Positions 1-9,485 of a DNA stretch of 64,000 nucleotides are shown here, piece after piece. Within the stretch, counting starts at the first letter, position 1. The number at the start of each line of letters is the position of its first letter. The DNA comes from a virus (taxonomy: Duplodnaviria; Caudoviricetes), in IMG/VR virus record IMGVR_UViG_3300031994_000023, positions 77,780 through 141,779 of that record. One strand, 5' to 3'. Below the pieces are notes generated by a model, which was not told the DNA's origin, ran no database searches, and was given only the letters and a program-made list of their open reading frames with translations. A program made the translations under genes and the position numbers.

Positions 1-389
1 GCAACTAGAATATCTAATGTTGGATACTGCTCAAAATACTTCTTTCTCGAACCTAAAACCCAATCGTCAACTACAAAATTTTGGAAGTTTTGTTTGTCAT
101 AACTGAATGATGACATGTCTCTACGAGTGAAGGGAACTGTATCCCCTACTTGTAGCTGGGAATATTTGGTAGGTGAACGATTTCTTAATTCTTCCATGGT
201 AGGGTAAGTGAAACGGTATAATTCATCTTTAGAAGGTTCCATTAATTCTCTCATCAAAGGGATTAATTCTTTAAAGTGTTCATTAAAGTTGGTACCATAT
301 TCATACACCCATTTATCAAATTCCCAGTGTTCCTCCACAAATGCTTCACTTGCCTCCGAGTTCAGTGTAGTGTTTCCTTTACTTGCCAT
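1..389 (-). CDS. MASK-tag protein, ADP-ribosyltransferase-like (runs off the window edge; not in the ORF track)
   Basis: Manual translation from ATG at 389: MASKGNTTLNSEASEAFVEEHWEFDKWV...MEPSKDELYRFT...LQVGDTVPFT...SSFS. Clear paralog of 11470..12060 (FDKWV, MEPSEDVLYRFS, LKIGDSVFFT, KSFS). Confidence 0.75.
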   Translation of the reverse strand, partial: MASKGNTTLNSEASEAFVEEHWEFDKWVYEYGTNFNEHFKELIPLMRELMEPSKDELYRFTYPTMEELRNRSPTKYSQLQVGDTVPFTRRDMSSFSYDKQNFQNFVVDDWVLGSRKKYFEQYPTLDILV

Positions 390-470
390 ATACTTGAATT
401 TTTTTTTGATAATGAAATGAATATTTTTATATACTCTTGTTTTGTAATATATTATTAGGTGAAATAGAAT

Positions 471-770
471 TTGACAACTTTAAAATATTTTTTAGACAGA
501 TTTAAGTGTAAGAATAGATTTGCAGATAACGTGGAAGCAATTGAGTTGGGTGATGTACAATTTGATGACATGTCATATGGTGACAATGTTATATTGTTCA
601 CAAACTCTGAAAACAATGAGGTGGTTCTGAGAATTGACTTAGACCGAAGAGACATATATCTTTACACGGTTATAAACGAAAAAGAAGTGAAAGTATCTCG
701 TTGGTTAATCCATAACCAAGACACACAAAAACTCACAATAACAGTACCAAGAGAACGAGTGAACATGTAA
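471..770 (+). CDS. Small protein of the convergent partner family (putative protease inhibitor/immunity)
   Basis: 99 aa, TTG start, AGGTGA RBS, TATA-like TTTTTATATA upstream. N-terminal pattern resembles the 5599, 7079 and 9074 ORFs. Tail-to-tail with HExxH gene 831..1670. Confidence 0.65.
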   Translation: MTTLKYFLDRFKCKNRFADNVEAIELGDVQFDDMSYGDNVILFTNSENNEVVLRIDLDRRDIYLYTVINEKEVKVSRWLIHNQDTQKLTITVPRERVNM

Positions 771-830
771 AAAAAAAGACCCGACCCCACCACACACCAT
801 CCACCCCCACCCCATGATACAAAGAGGGGA

Positions 831-1670
831 TTATCCTTTTTTTCTATCGAATTCATAAAAGAAACCACGAACAACTTCAAAAACATCTTCATCTGTTTTA
901 CAATCAAGAATAGTGTTCGCAACCCTATCCAGATTCGGATTCATCCTCTTCCATTGAGCATAGGATACGGGCTCAGAATACTGATTACCATTTGGATTAG
1001 ATACTACTGCCATACTAGGATTTGTTCTATGCATCGCAACAATCTTAAAGGCATCTGCCCAATTCTCAGAATACCTATTTTCATAATTTAATTTACTATT
1101 TTTATCGAATGTGGCGTTAGCATAACCACTTGATTTCTCAGTTTCAGATAGGTTCTTAAACCAATCCATACTAGGAATGTTTCTGAGTTTAGGATGGTCT
1201 TCCATACAATGTGCCATCTCATGATATAATGTGTTTTGGGGCGAATTATAATTTTGATAAAACAATGATTTATTCCCAATGTACACATCATGAGTTCCAT
1301 AAGGAACCGACCCATACTCTGCTAGATAATTCTGAGGGTCATAATCAAAGATAATTTTATCTACATTTTTCTTCATCAAATCTGGTGCCTCATTAACATA
1401 CCGTAACAGGTCTTCCATAGTGTATGGTACCTCACCATCATTTTTTCGTTGATAGTATTCTAGATTGTCAAGGTAGTGTGTTGTGAATTCTACAGGTATG
1501 CCATCAGGTGATGTGAGGTATATTTTTTTTTCGTCATATGAATTTATTATGTAATTTTGTTGTTTACTCGCTTCGAGCAATAGTTTTGCAGAATTCTTTT
1601 TTATGTAGGGATTGTCTAAGATGTTAGTTGTAGTTATTGTGTTTAAGATGGTACTTCCTTTACTAGACAT
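831..1670 (-). CDS. MASK-tag (MSSK) zincin metallopeptidase
   Basis: HEMAH, SSGYA and ENWADAF motifs (HExxH...SxYA...ExxAE pattern). Confidence 0.75.
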   Translation of the reverse strand: MSSKGSTILNTITTTNILDNPYIKKNSAKLLLEASKQQNYIINSYDEKKIYLTSPDGIPVEFTTHYLDNLEYYQRKNDGEVPYTMEDLLRYVNEAPDLMKKNVDKIIFDYDPQNYLAEYGSVPYGTHDVYIGNKSLFYQNYNSPQNTLYHEMAHCMEDHPKLRNIPSMDWFKNLSETEKSSGYANATFDKNSKLNYENRYSENWADAFKIVAMHRTNPSMAVVSNPNGNQYSEPVSYAQWKRMNPNLDRVANTILDCKTDEDVFEVVRGFFYEFDRKKG

Positions 1671-1706
1671 ACTGTTCTTCGTGTTCTCATTTTTCTAGAG
1701 GAGTTT

Positions 1707-2099
1707 TTATAATGTGATTCCTTGTTCTTCTAATTCTTGTATTCTCTGGTTGAGTTCTCTCATTTCATCCCTCACCCTGTTATGTGCTTCCCTTGTTTCA
1801 TCATATATTCTTTGTCTTCGTCCGAGTGTTGTGAGTAGTGGTGCGGATTCTCCTCTTACCTGTATCTGTGCCTTGATTTTTTCTAGGTCTTCTCTTGCAC
1901 CCGCTAATTCGGCTCGGAGGACGTTCATTTCAACACCTAAATCCCATACTCTTGCCCATTTATCGTTTAACTCTTGATGAAGTGCTTCTGTTTCAGATGG
2001 AATTAACCCTAATTTTCTATTTAATTCAACAAAATTCAGTTCACTTTCACCAGTTGTTTCTGTTCCATTTCCAGAGTTTCCTGTTCCTTTACTTGCCAT
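1707..2099 (-). CDS. MASK-tag coiled-coil protein
   Basis: MASKGTGNSG start; heptad-like E/L/R-rich helical body. Confidence 0.7.
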   Translation of the reverse strand: MASKGTGNSGNGTETTGESELNFVELNRKLGLIPSETEALHQELNDKWARVWDLGVEMNVLRAELAGAREDLEKIKAQIQVRGESAPLLTTLGRRQRIYDETREAHNRVRDEMRELNQRIQELEEQGITL

Positions 2100-2168
2100 G
2101 ATTTTTTTTTTCCTTTATTTTCAAAAAACTAAATTTATATAAAAAATATGGGGAATATATTAAGTATT

Positions 2169-2288
2169 ATGACTATTCAAATCAAAGACATAATCAAAAA
2201 ATATCATACAAACATTGAATTAACTAAAATGACACCTGAACTTCAAAATGTGGATATATTCCAAGATAATGTTAATGTAAATAATTAA
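2169..2288 (+). pseudogene. Truncated (39-aa) member of the convergent partner family
   Basis: MTIQIKDIIKKYHTNIELTKMTPELQNVDIF aligns with the 7079 ORF (MTKLKNILQKFNLNPELTEALFELDFVDIY). TATA-like TTTATATA upstream; stops after 39 codons. Confidence 0.55.
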
Positions 2289-2298
2289 TCACTCGTGG

Positions 2299-2784
2299 TT
2301 ATAAATTGTATTGTGGATGAATAATACTTCTTGCTCTTGATGTTAAGTCTAAATATTCTTTTAATTCGGGTGTGTCATTAATATTTTCTACTTCAAAGGA
2401 GCCGTCAAGTTTTTCTTGTAAACTGTCCAGTTTACTTCTTGCTTCATTTAATAATGATTTTGTCTCATTATATACTGAGTTATTATATTCTGTGGTGATT
2501 AAGGGATGTTCTGCCACCCACTGTGTATCTTGTTGTTGTCCTACTGTCCATTGATTTGTATTTTGTTGTCGTTGTAAATCCTGTTCTAAGAAATATAATT
2601 CATTTCGAAGGTTATTAACTCTTTCTTGTTGTTGTGTGTTGTTTCTTACGTTAGCCATATATTCTCCCCATGTGGATTCGGTTTGTGCACCACCTTCACT
2701 GTTGAGATATATTGCATAGTCATCTATTCCTTCGTCGGTGTATGATGTTCCTCCACCTCCACCGCCTGTTCCTTTACTTGCCAT
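2299..2784 (-). CDS. MASK-tag protein, long-leader (GIDDY..YLN) subfamily
   Basis: Leader MASKGTGGGGGGTSYTDEGIDDYAIYLNSE. Confidence 0.75.
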   Translation of the reverse strand: MASKGTGGGGGGTSYTDEGIDDYAIYLNSEGGAQTESTWGEYMANVRNNTQQQERVNNLRNELYFLEQDLQRQQNTNQWTVGQQQDTQWVAEHPLITTEYNNSVYNETKSLLNEARSKLDSLQEKLDGSFEVENINDTPELKEYLDLTSRARSIIHPQYNL

Positions 2785-2788
2785 GTTA

Positions 2789-3763
2789 TCATTTTATCTT
2801 TTTTAAATCTTTGAAGATTTGTTCTGCTTCCTCTCTTGTTTTACAATCCCATAGTCTGTTCCCCAATTTTGCAGATTCGGGGAATTCTTTCTCCCAACTA
2901 TTATAATCCATTAGTTTCACATGGTTTCCATTATATTCTGCATAAGTATCGGTAATATAATAACGGTTACCTACTCGTATGCGGGCATCGTCGTATCCGA
3001 GCCTATGAGAACCCACAACTTTCATGATTTCTGCAAGAGATTCTGTGTAATATCTAGGATTCGGTACGCCACGTACCATTTCACCACCGCTCTCATAGTT
3101 ATATGTGTATGTTCCAGCATAAGTGGACACATTTTGTTTTTGTGTTTTCATTAATCTTCGGAAAGAGGGGTTGGAGGATAATGTAAATTCGTTTTGGTGT
3201 CCTCCATTATAGTCAAAGTTATGGGTTATTTCATGAATAATAACACCCCTAACATCCCATGCATCATCTTTTTCATAGGATAAAAATGTTTTTTTGATTT
3301 CAACAATTCCATCTCTTTCTGGTCCATCATAATAACTACTCCCAGTTCTACCACTTAGTTTTACTTCTTTTAATGTCTCTTTGAACAAACTTGGTATTTT
3401 ATCGATAGTTGTTAAGCAGTCTTCGAGGGTGGCTTGAGAGTGGGAACTCATACTTTCTTGTCTAAACCCTAATTTACAGTCTACAATGTATGTGCCAGTG
3501 TCTGTTTTTCCTTCGAATATTACTGTTCCATCACTTTTAATTGTTTGAATAACCATATTCGCACTATTTGCTGATGAAAGAACATTCTGAATGTCTTCTT
3601 CTGAGAACTTTTTATATTTTCTCATTTTTTCGGCTTGTTCTTCATTGTAATTAAGTTCGGATGGTGTGAGAGTATGGTCGTCTTGTAAAATAGGGGAGAA
3701 ATTAGTTTGATAGTCATCTAATGTTAACTGGGTGTTTAATGTTATGTTACCTTTGCTCGCCAT
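2789..3763 (-). CDS. MASK-tag zincin metallopeptidase
   Basis: HEITHNFD, STYA and ESLAE motifs. Confidence 0.75.
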   Translation of the reverse strand: MASKGNITLNTQLTLDDYQTNFSPILQDDHTLTPSELNYNEEQAEKMRKYKKFSEEDIQNVLSSANSANMVIQTIKSDGTVIFEGKTDTGTYIVDCKLGFRQESMSSHSQATLEDCLTTIDKIPSLFKETLKEVKLSGRTGSSYYDGPERDGIVEIKKTFLSYEKDDAWDVRGVIIHEITHNFDYNGGHQNEFTLSSNPSFRRLMKTQKQNVSTYAGTYTYNYESGGEMVRGVPNPRYYTESLAEIMKVVGSHRLGYDDARIRVGNRYYITDTYAEYNGNHVKLMDYNSWEKEFPESAKLGNRLWDCKTREEAEQIFKDLKKIK

Positions 3764-3774
3764 GTTCCTTTTAT

Positions 3775-5505
3775 TTAGTCATTACTCCAGTATCCTTTGA
3801 AGTCGTTGGGATTTCTTATGTTTTTTATAACATCTGTGTTTTCACGATGGTCTTTTTCCTCTTCTATGGTTGGTACATTTGGTATCATTCCATAATTTTT
3901 GGTTTCATCAAGGTTGTTAGGGTCTACTGGACTTTCCATACTCTCAGGGTTAATGCCTAGTTGTGCCATTTGTAATTTTGTGGATATGTCATTCATCCAC
4001 ATTTGTTGCTGTTGTCTTTGTGTGTCAAGACTGTGTGATTCTTGACTCATTCCTGCATTGGCAAACATTAAACTTAATGGTGTTCCTCCGACAAAATATT
4101 CATCAAGGTATGGGTTGTCAGGGTCTGCCACTGCCCCTAATGGTTTTCCAAGGCTTTCACTTATTTGTCTTGGAGTCATCGCTCCCAAACTGAAAAGTAT
4201 GCTCGCACTTTGAAGGTCACGGGCGTAGTCTCTTTTGTCAATATCTTCTATTTTGAATAACCATGAGAGGTATTTTTCCCCGTGTAAACGATAATATTCG
4301 TCACTGAGTATTTGGTTTACTATGTCTTCATTTTTCTTTTTAATTGGTTGAATGATACTTGTGTTGTAAATGTTGGATGATTCTACACTAGTGTTTCCAC
4401 CGAGACTCCCATTTATTGCCATACCTATCCTGTATGGTGGAACTCCATGTGCACTTAGGACTTCGTCACGGTTGTCCGCTCGGTATAATCTGAAACTTGC
4501 CTCGTTACTTCCTCCTGCGTTTAGTTTTGTGAAACTTACATGCACGTTTCCTTCGGTGGATGGTACGAGCATGGCGAAGGCACTGTGAGGATTTTTAACG
4601 GCTTGTTCCATGTTTTCCTTAATTTTGTATTTAAGGGTTTTTGTTTCATCATAGTCTGGGTCTTCTTCGTCCATCCCTGGGTCGAAGTCTCCTGTGACTG
4701 TTACTGCATATGAGGGCATTCCATAATTTTGGAAGAAACTACTGTTAAATCGGCTTCTTCCAAGGTCTCCGAAGATGGCTCTTATGACTGGTACTACTTT
4801 TGCACTTCCATATACTGGTGCGTGTGGTGCATAGTTTACTCCCCATATTAATTCGTTTGCTCTTTCGCTTGGGTCTAAACTGTTGTATTCGACTTGTTCT
4901 CCAGTGTCACAGTCGACATCGAATTTGACTCCATCGGGTGTGGTGTTTTTTCCATATAATATGAACCATCTATGTTTTTTTCCAACTCTTTGTAATACTC
5001 GTACTCCGTCTCGGTGTACTTTCATGTTGAATATGGGTGTGGGGTTAAGGTCGACTATGTCGCTTTCACTTGTGTTCCTTCTGAGAATTTCCATGCATCC
5101 ACACCCGAGAGCTCTTTTATCATAACAGAATCTGTATAATGCCGTGTTTATGGGTGTGTATAATTGTAGTAGGAAATCTTCTATGAATTGTTTCTGGTTT
5201 TTTGCTTCGTTAGATTCGTCTTCCACTTGGTTTCGTGGGACTAAACTGTACCCATATCCACTGGCGTCTTCCGCTACGACTTCGCAACATCTTCTATGGT
5301 ATGTGTTGTTGTCTAATAATTCGCAGAGTCTTCTTAAATTATATTGGGGTCGTTTAAATTCGGCGTAATCGTATCCGTCATCATCGACTGCCTTCGTTCT
5401 TGCACGTGCTTCGTCCTCTTTGATAACATACCTGTCTAAGACACTTTTTTCTATTACTTCCCAGTCATTGTTTTTTTGGGTAACTACAAATTGTTCTATT
5501 GCCAT
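3775..5505 (-). CDS. Phage portal protein (PBSX/HK97-like)
   Basis: 576 aa; FFQNYGMPSYAVTV, EASFRLYR..NRDEVLSAHGVPPYRIG and IIQPI motifs typical of PBSX-family portals. Confidence 0.9.
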   Translation of the reverse strand: MAIEQFVVTQKNNDWEVIEKSVLDRYVIKEDEARARTKAVDDDGYDYAEFKRPQYNLRRLCELLDNNTYHRRCCEVVAEDASGYGYSLVPRNQVEDESNEAKNQKQFIEDFLLQLYTPINTALYRFCYDKRALGCGCMEILRRNTSESDIVDLNPTPIFNMKVHRDGVRVLQRVGKKHRWFILYGKNTTPDGVKFDVDCDTGEQVEYNSLDPSERANELIWGVNYAPHAPVYGSAKVVPVIRAIFGDLGRSRFNSSFFQNYGMPSYAVTVTGDFDPGMDEEDPDYDETKTLKYKIKENMEQAVKNPHSAFAMLVPSTEGNVHVSFTKLNAGGSNEASFRLYRADNRDEVLSAHGVPPYRIGMAINGSLGGNTSVESSNIYNTSIIQPIKKKNEDIVNQILSDEYYRLHGEKYLSWLFKIEDIDKRDYARDLQSASILFSLGAMTPRQISESLGKPLGAVADPDNPYLDEYFVGGTPLSLMFANAGMSQESHSLDTQRQQQQMWMNDISTKLQMAQLGINPESMESPVDPNNLDETKNYGMIPNVPTIEEEKDHRENTDVIKNIRNPNDFKGYWSND

Positions 5506-5598
5506 GGTTATCTAGTTTAATAGTATATATATGATAAAGTTTATAAGTAAAAAATATGATTAGATTCTCTTTTTTTATATAGATGAGGTGATTTGTTA

Positions 5599-5922
5599 AT
5601 GGTTAAAATAAAAGAATTAATTAGTGAAACGGGCATTGATGTGAATGTTACAGATGCACTGTTGGAGTTGGAACCTATTAAAAAGTTCAAACTATTAAAA
5701 TATGATAAAAGTAATATACATGGACACAGATTCAAAGGAATTAGCAGTGAAGAGGGTGAAGAATACCGAGTAGTGATTGAAGTAAACGAACACTTTCAAT
5801 CAATAACCCTAATAGAATACAAAGAAAAAGTAATTAAAAACAGATGGAACAAGGATGGAATATGGGACAACCCCCAACTACATTACATGCCAACACAAAA
5901 CGAACTAAAACCTCACCCATAA
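5599..5922 (+). CDS. Small protein of the convergent partner family
   Basis: GAGGTG RBS 8 nt before ATG 5599; MVKIKELISETGIDVNVTDALLEL; 3' end overlaps the 3' end of HExxH gene 5913..6902. Confidence 0.7.
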   Translation: MVKIKELISETGIDVNVTDALLELEPIKKFKLLKYDKSNIHGHRFKGISSEEGEEYRVVIEVNEHFQSITLIEYKEKVIKNRWNKDGIWDNPQLHYMPTQNELKPHP

Positions 5923-6902
5923 CGCTCCAAGTACAAAGCGTCCATCTTATCCAACCACTCACGAGGAGTTTTAGACTCACGAAACAAACGAGCCACATGG
6001 TCTAACTCAGGCTCCAACCTAACATGCTCCTCATACGAAATATCCCCCGCAATAGTATACTGTGAACCATTAACATAACCCACCTTACCAGAACCAGGAG
6101 TAGAATCCTGAGCCTTTGCACGAGTAGGATTAGAAATAGCAGTACCCAGAGGCATAACTGAACATGCAAGATTCTCAGTATGATACATTTCCCTCATTTC
6201 TTGTTCAGGATTATTTTTAAACCCTCTTGCATACTCTGACGCACTATGCTCCTCTGACAACTTCTTAAAATAAGGATGGTCAGAAAGTGTAGTGTAAGAT
6301 TCGCCACTTAAATAATCTACTTTATGAGTTCCTTCATGTTCCATCACATTCTTATAACCACTACTAGCCCATGGGTCTTTTTTATCAAAAATACTGAAAG
6401 AATCATAAATTATGACATCATTTCCAGGGTCGTAATGTCCACTCTCTCCTTGGTCGTCACCATAAAATATCTGTGCTCCACCATAATACTTGAAAATTTC
6501 GGGGTAATCCTTGGCGTAATATTTAAAAAACTGTTCGGGTGTAACAATTAATTCTCCGTTGTGCATTGCAGAGAGTACACTTGAATCTAAGAGTAATGCT
6601 TGATTATCAAAGTATGCCACAAATTCTTCATCTTCCATATAAAATTGGTCATAACCTAATTCTTTTAGAGTTTTCAGAAGTTTTGTTGCATCTTCTTCAT
6701 TGAGGCTCGTGTTCTCAGTTAAGTATTCTATTGTTTCCGCTTCTTCTTGTTTTGTTGATTCTCTCATCATCATAACCCTTTCGTTGGGATGATGTTCACT
6801 ACTACTTATCCAGTCACCATATGAGTCTATGTATTTGTTGTAATCTTCCAACTCCTTGGTGGAACTTAAACTCATCAGTGATGTGTTTCCTTTACTTGCC
6901 AT
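5913..6902 (-). CDS. MASK-tag zincin metallopeptidase
   Basis: HEGTHKVD, SEYA and ENLA motifs. Confidence 0.75.
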   Translation of the reverse strand: MASKGNTSLMSLSSTKELEDYNKYIDSYGDWISSSEHHPNERVMMMRESTKQEEAETIEYLTENTSLNEEDATKLLKTLKELGYDQFYMEDEEFVAYFDNQALLLDSSVLSAMHNGELIVTPEQFFKYYAKDYPEIFKYYGGAQIFYGDDQGESGHYDPGNDVIIYDSFSIFDKKDPWASSGYKNVMEHEGTHKVDYLSGESYTTLSDHPYFKKLSEEHSASEYARGFKNNPEQEMREMYHTENLACSVMPLGTAISNPTRAKAQDSTPGSGKVGYVNGSQYTIAGDISYEEHVRLEPELDHVARLFRESKTPREWLDKMDALYLERYG

Positions 6903-7078
6903 AAAACCTTTTTTTTTATGATTCTTTTATTTGTAAATTCTCTCTCTCTTTTAATGAAAAACGTGTAAAAATTCCAAAAACACTCATCATTTGTGTGCCA
7001 AAATAACACCGTCCATACTCCATTTTTCAACAGGGGACTTAATTAATTATATACTTCTTAAACAACATACAAGAATAC

Positions 7079-7387
7079 ATGACCAAACTAAAAAACATAC
7101 TTCAAAAATTTAATTTAAATCCTGAGTTAACAGAAGCATTATTTGAGTTAGATTTTGTTGATATTTATGATAATTACCAGAATGAAACTGTAGATGGCAA
7201 CAAGTTCCTTGTGTTAAGAGGTACGACCACCACACCAGAGGGGGAAATATACCCTCAAGAATTGGTTATTGATGAACAAAACCAAAAAGTAGTGGCATAC
7301 GGTTATCCATTCAATGACACAAAATATGAGAAAGCACCTATTTTTTATCAGGAATATGATAAAAATGGTGAAATTATAGGAATATAA
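7079..7387 (+). CDS. Small protein of the convergent partner family
   Basis: 102 aa; MTKLKNILQKFNLNPELTEALFEL; tail-to-tail with HExxH gene 7429..8304. Confidence 0.7.
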   Translation: MTKLKNILQKFNLNPELTEALFELDFVDIYDNYQNETVDGNKFLVLRGTTTTPEGEIYPQELVIDEQNQKVVAYGYPFNDTKYEKAPIFYQEYDKNGEIIGI

Positions 7388-7428
7388 AAAAAAGAGTACA
7401 GTATTCTTTTCTCCCTATTTTTTTTTAT

Positions 7429-8304
7429 TTATTTGAGTATTTGTGGTGTGGGCTCTGTTGGTTCTAAATATGTTTGTGCATAGAGTTTAGGGTTTTCTAT
7501 AAATTCGCCTGCTAATTTTATCATTTGTTTGTTTTCATCTTTTTTTGCCCAAGTCTTGTATGGCATAAGACCTTCTTTTGTAGGTACAATTATGTTTTCA
7601 CCATGTTTTTTGGCTAATTGAACATATGCTCCTACTTCTGCCAAGTTTTCTGCCCTTTTTCTCCAATCCGTAGACCTTGGGTCAATTGATACTGCATATG
7701 CATATTCTGTTGGTGTTTTACCATCAGACGCTTCTTTCCACGCTTTGTTCTTAGAGAAAAAGCCTCGCACACTATTACTACTCCGGTATGCCCAGTCAAG
7801 AGAATGTATTGACTCATGATTCAAAGAATATTCTAAACTTTGTGGACTGTTCTTTGAGTGTAGTAAATTTCCAGCAGTGATTATGATTACGTTGGCACTT
7901 GGAACGAATTGTCCGAGAACTTCCCTACCATTTGGATTATATTTTGGTCCAGTGAATGTTATTTGGTTAACATGTCCTTTAATGTTAGGATTTAAGTTTG
8001 TATAATACTCCATAACATCCCTCAAAGTGTATCGTCCATCAGGTAAATTGTCATTTAATCCGAACCTTGAATTAGTAAGAAATGCTCCTCTAAATACCAA
8101 TCTTTCGTTAGGTGCATTAGGGTCAGAGTTTGATAGGATGAGAGAATCTATTTTTTTATCATAGGTTGCGTTGAACCCATATTCTTTGGCTACTGTTTCA
8201 ATGTATTTTATTTGATTGTCCATTAAGTAACCCATTTGGTTGAGGTTTTTAATTTCAACGGAGTCTGTGGATATTGCGTTTAGTGAAGAGTATTTACTTG
8301 CCAT
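7429..8304 (-). CDS. MASK-tag zincin metallopeptidase
   Basis: HESIHSLD, TEYA and ENLAE motifs. Confidence 0.75.
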   Translation of the reverse strand: MASKYSSLNAISTDSVEIKNLNQMGYLMDNQIKYIETVAKEYGFNATYDKKIDSLILSNSDPNAPNERLVFRGAFLTNSRFGLNDNLPDGRYTLRDVMEYYTNLNPNIKGHVNQITFTGPKYNPNGREVLGQFVPSANVIIITAGNLLHSKNSPQSLEYSLNHESIHSLDWAYRSSNSVRGFFSKNKAWKEASDGKTPTEYAYAVSIDPRSTDWRKRAENLAEVGAYVQLAKKHGENIIVPTKEGLMPYKTWAKKDENKQMIKLAGEFIENPKLYAQTYLEPTEPTPQILK

Positions 8305-8351
8305 AATCCCTTTTTTATGTTAATCCTGTTTGTCGTTTTATACTTTTTTTT

Positions 8352-8918
8352 TTATTTGTATCTTTCACTGACTAGTGTGTCCATTGCTGTTTGTGCACTA
8401 TAATATCTGTCAAAGAATTCTTCTAGGTACCCTTGGTTTCCGAGATATTCTATTTGTCGTTCTAAGTCTCTGTTGATTCGTTCATTGTTTAAACCTCTGG
8501 CTTGTATTGTTTCCTGCATTGCCTTTGAGGATATTATGGTGTTTAATCTGTTTTGAACATCTCGTCCTCTTGATAATGTACCCATGAGTTCGGAGTAGGC
8601 TTGTTCTAGTTGCTCCGTTGGTTCTCTCAGTTGATTAAATGGGTAATTTTCTGTTTCAATATTATGTACGAGTTGTCTTGCCATTGACACTCTTTGTCTT
8701 TCGAGGTCATCTAGTTTTTGGGTTACATTATCTATTATTTCATCTGTGTCTTGCAGTAAGTGTTCTCGACTTCCGAAGGCACTTTCATTAGTTTGTGTTC
8801 CTGTTTCTGTTTCAGTTAATTCTTCTCCTGTGAGTGGGTCTGTGTTGTGCCAGTTTCCTTCACCATCTATGTATCCTACTCCCATTTGAATATTACTTCC
8901 ACCATCTTTACTAGCCAT
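8352..8918 (-). CDS. MASK-tag helical/coiled-coil protein
   Basis: MASKDGGS start; acidic helical body. Confidence 0.7.
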   Translation of the reverse strand: MASKDGGSNIQMGVGYIDGEGNWHNTDPLTGEELTETETGTQTNESAFGSREHLLQDTDEIIDNVTQKLDDLERQRVSMARQLVHNIETENYPFNQLREPTEQLEQAYSELMGTLSRGRDVQNRLNTIISSKAMQETIQARGLNNERINRDLERQIEYLGNQGYLEEFFDRYYSAQTAMDTLVSERYK

Positions 8919-9073
8919 TATTTTATTATTCTCCTATTATATCTCTTTTTTTTGTGCCACATTGTTAGTTTGTGGCACGGAATTTAATAGTTTTTTTTCT
9001 CTGAAAAAAAAAAGAATTCATTACAATAATTAATAAAAAATTATATCATTTATTAAAAACAAAAAAGATAATT

Positions 9074-9406
9074 ATGACAACAATAAATGATATTTTTAAA
9101 CAATTCGGTTTAGACTGCCATCTTTGTGAAACATTAAAAAAACACACACTAAAATATAACCCTACAATAACAGATTACAATCATGAAAAAAACCCTCAAA
9201 CAAACAAAGCAATATATGAGAGATATTCATTTACTGGAACCTGTAACAAAGAAGGAACACCATGTGACATAAAATTAAACATAATGGTATATGACAACAA
9301 TACCAAATTACATTATCGTGTAGAAGATAACAGTCGCTTCAAATCACCATTAAACGAGGGCATAACCATAGACTGTGACGGAAACAAAGGCTACGACCTA
9401 GGATAA
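9074..9406 (+). CDS. Small protein of the convergent partner family
   Basis: 110 aa; MTTINDIFKQFGLDCHLCETL; tail-to-tail with HExxH gene 9486..10433. Confidence 0.65.
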   Translation: MTTINDIFKQFGLDCHLCETLKKHTLKYNPTITDYNHEKNPQTNKAIYERYSFTGTCNKEGTPCDIKLNIMVYDNNTKLHYRVEDNSRFKSPLNEGITIDCDGNKGYDLG

Positions 9407-9485
9407 AAAAAACCCATCCTACACCCCAACTTCTTCACCAAACTCTCAATTCTTTTTTTTCCACAAAAAACAATAAACACTCCGT

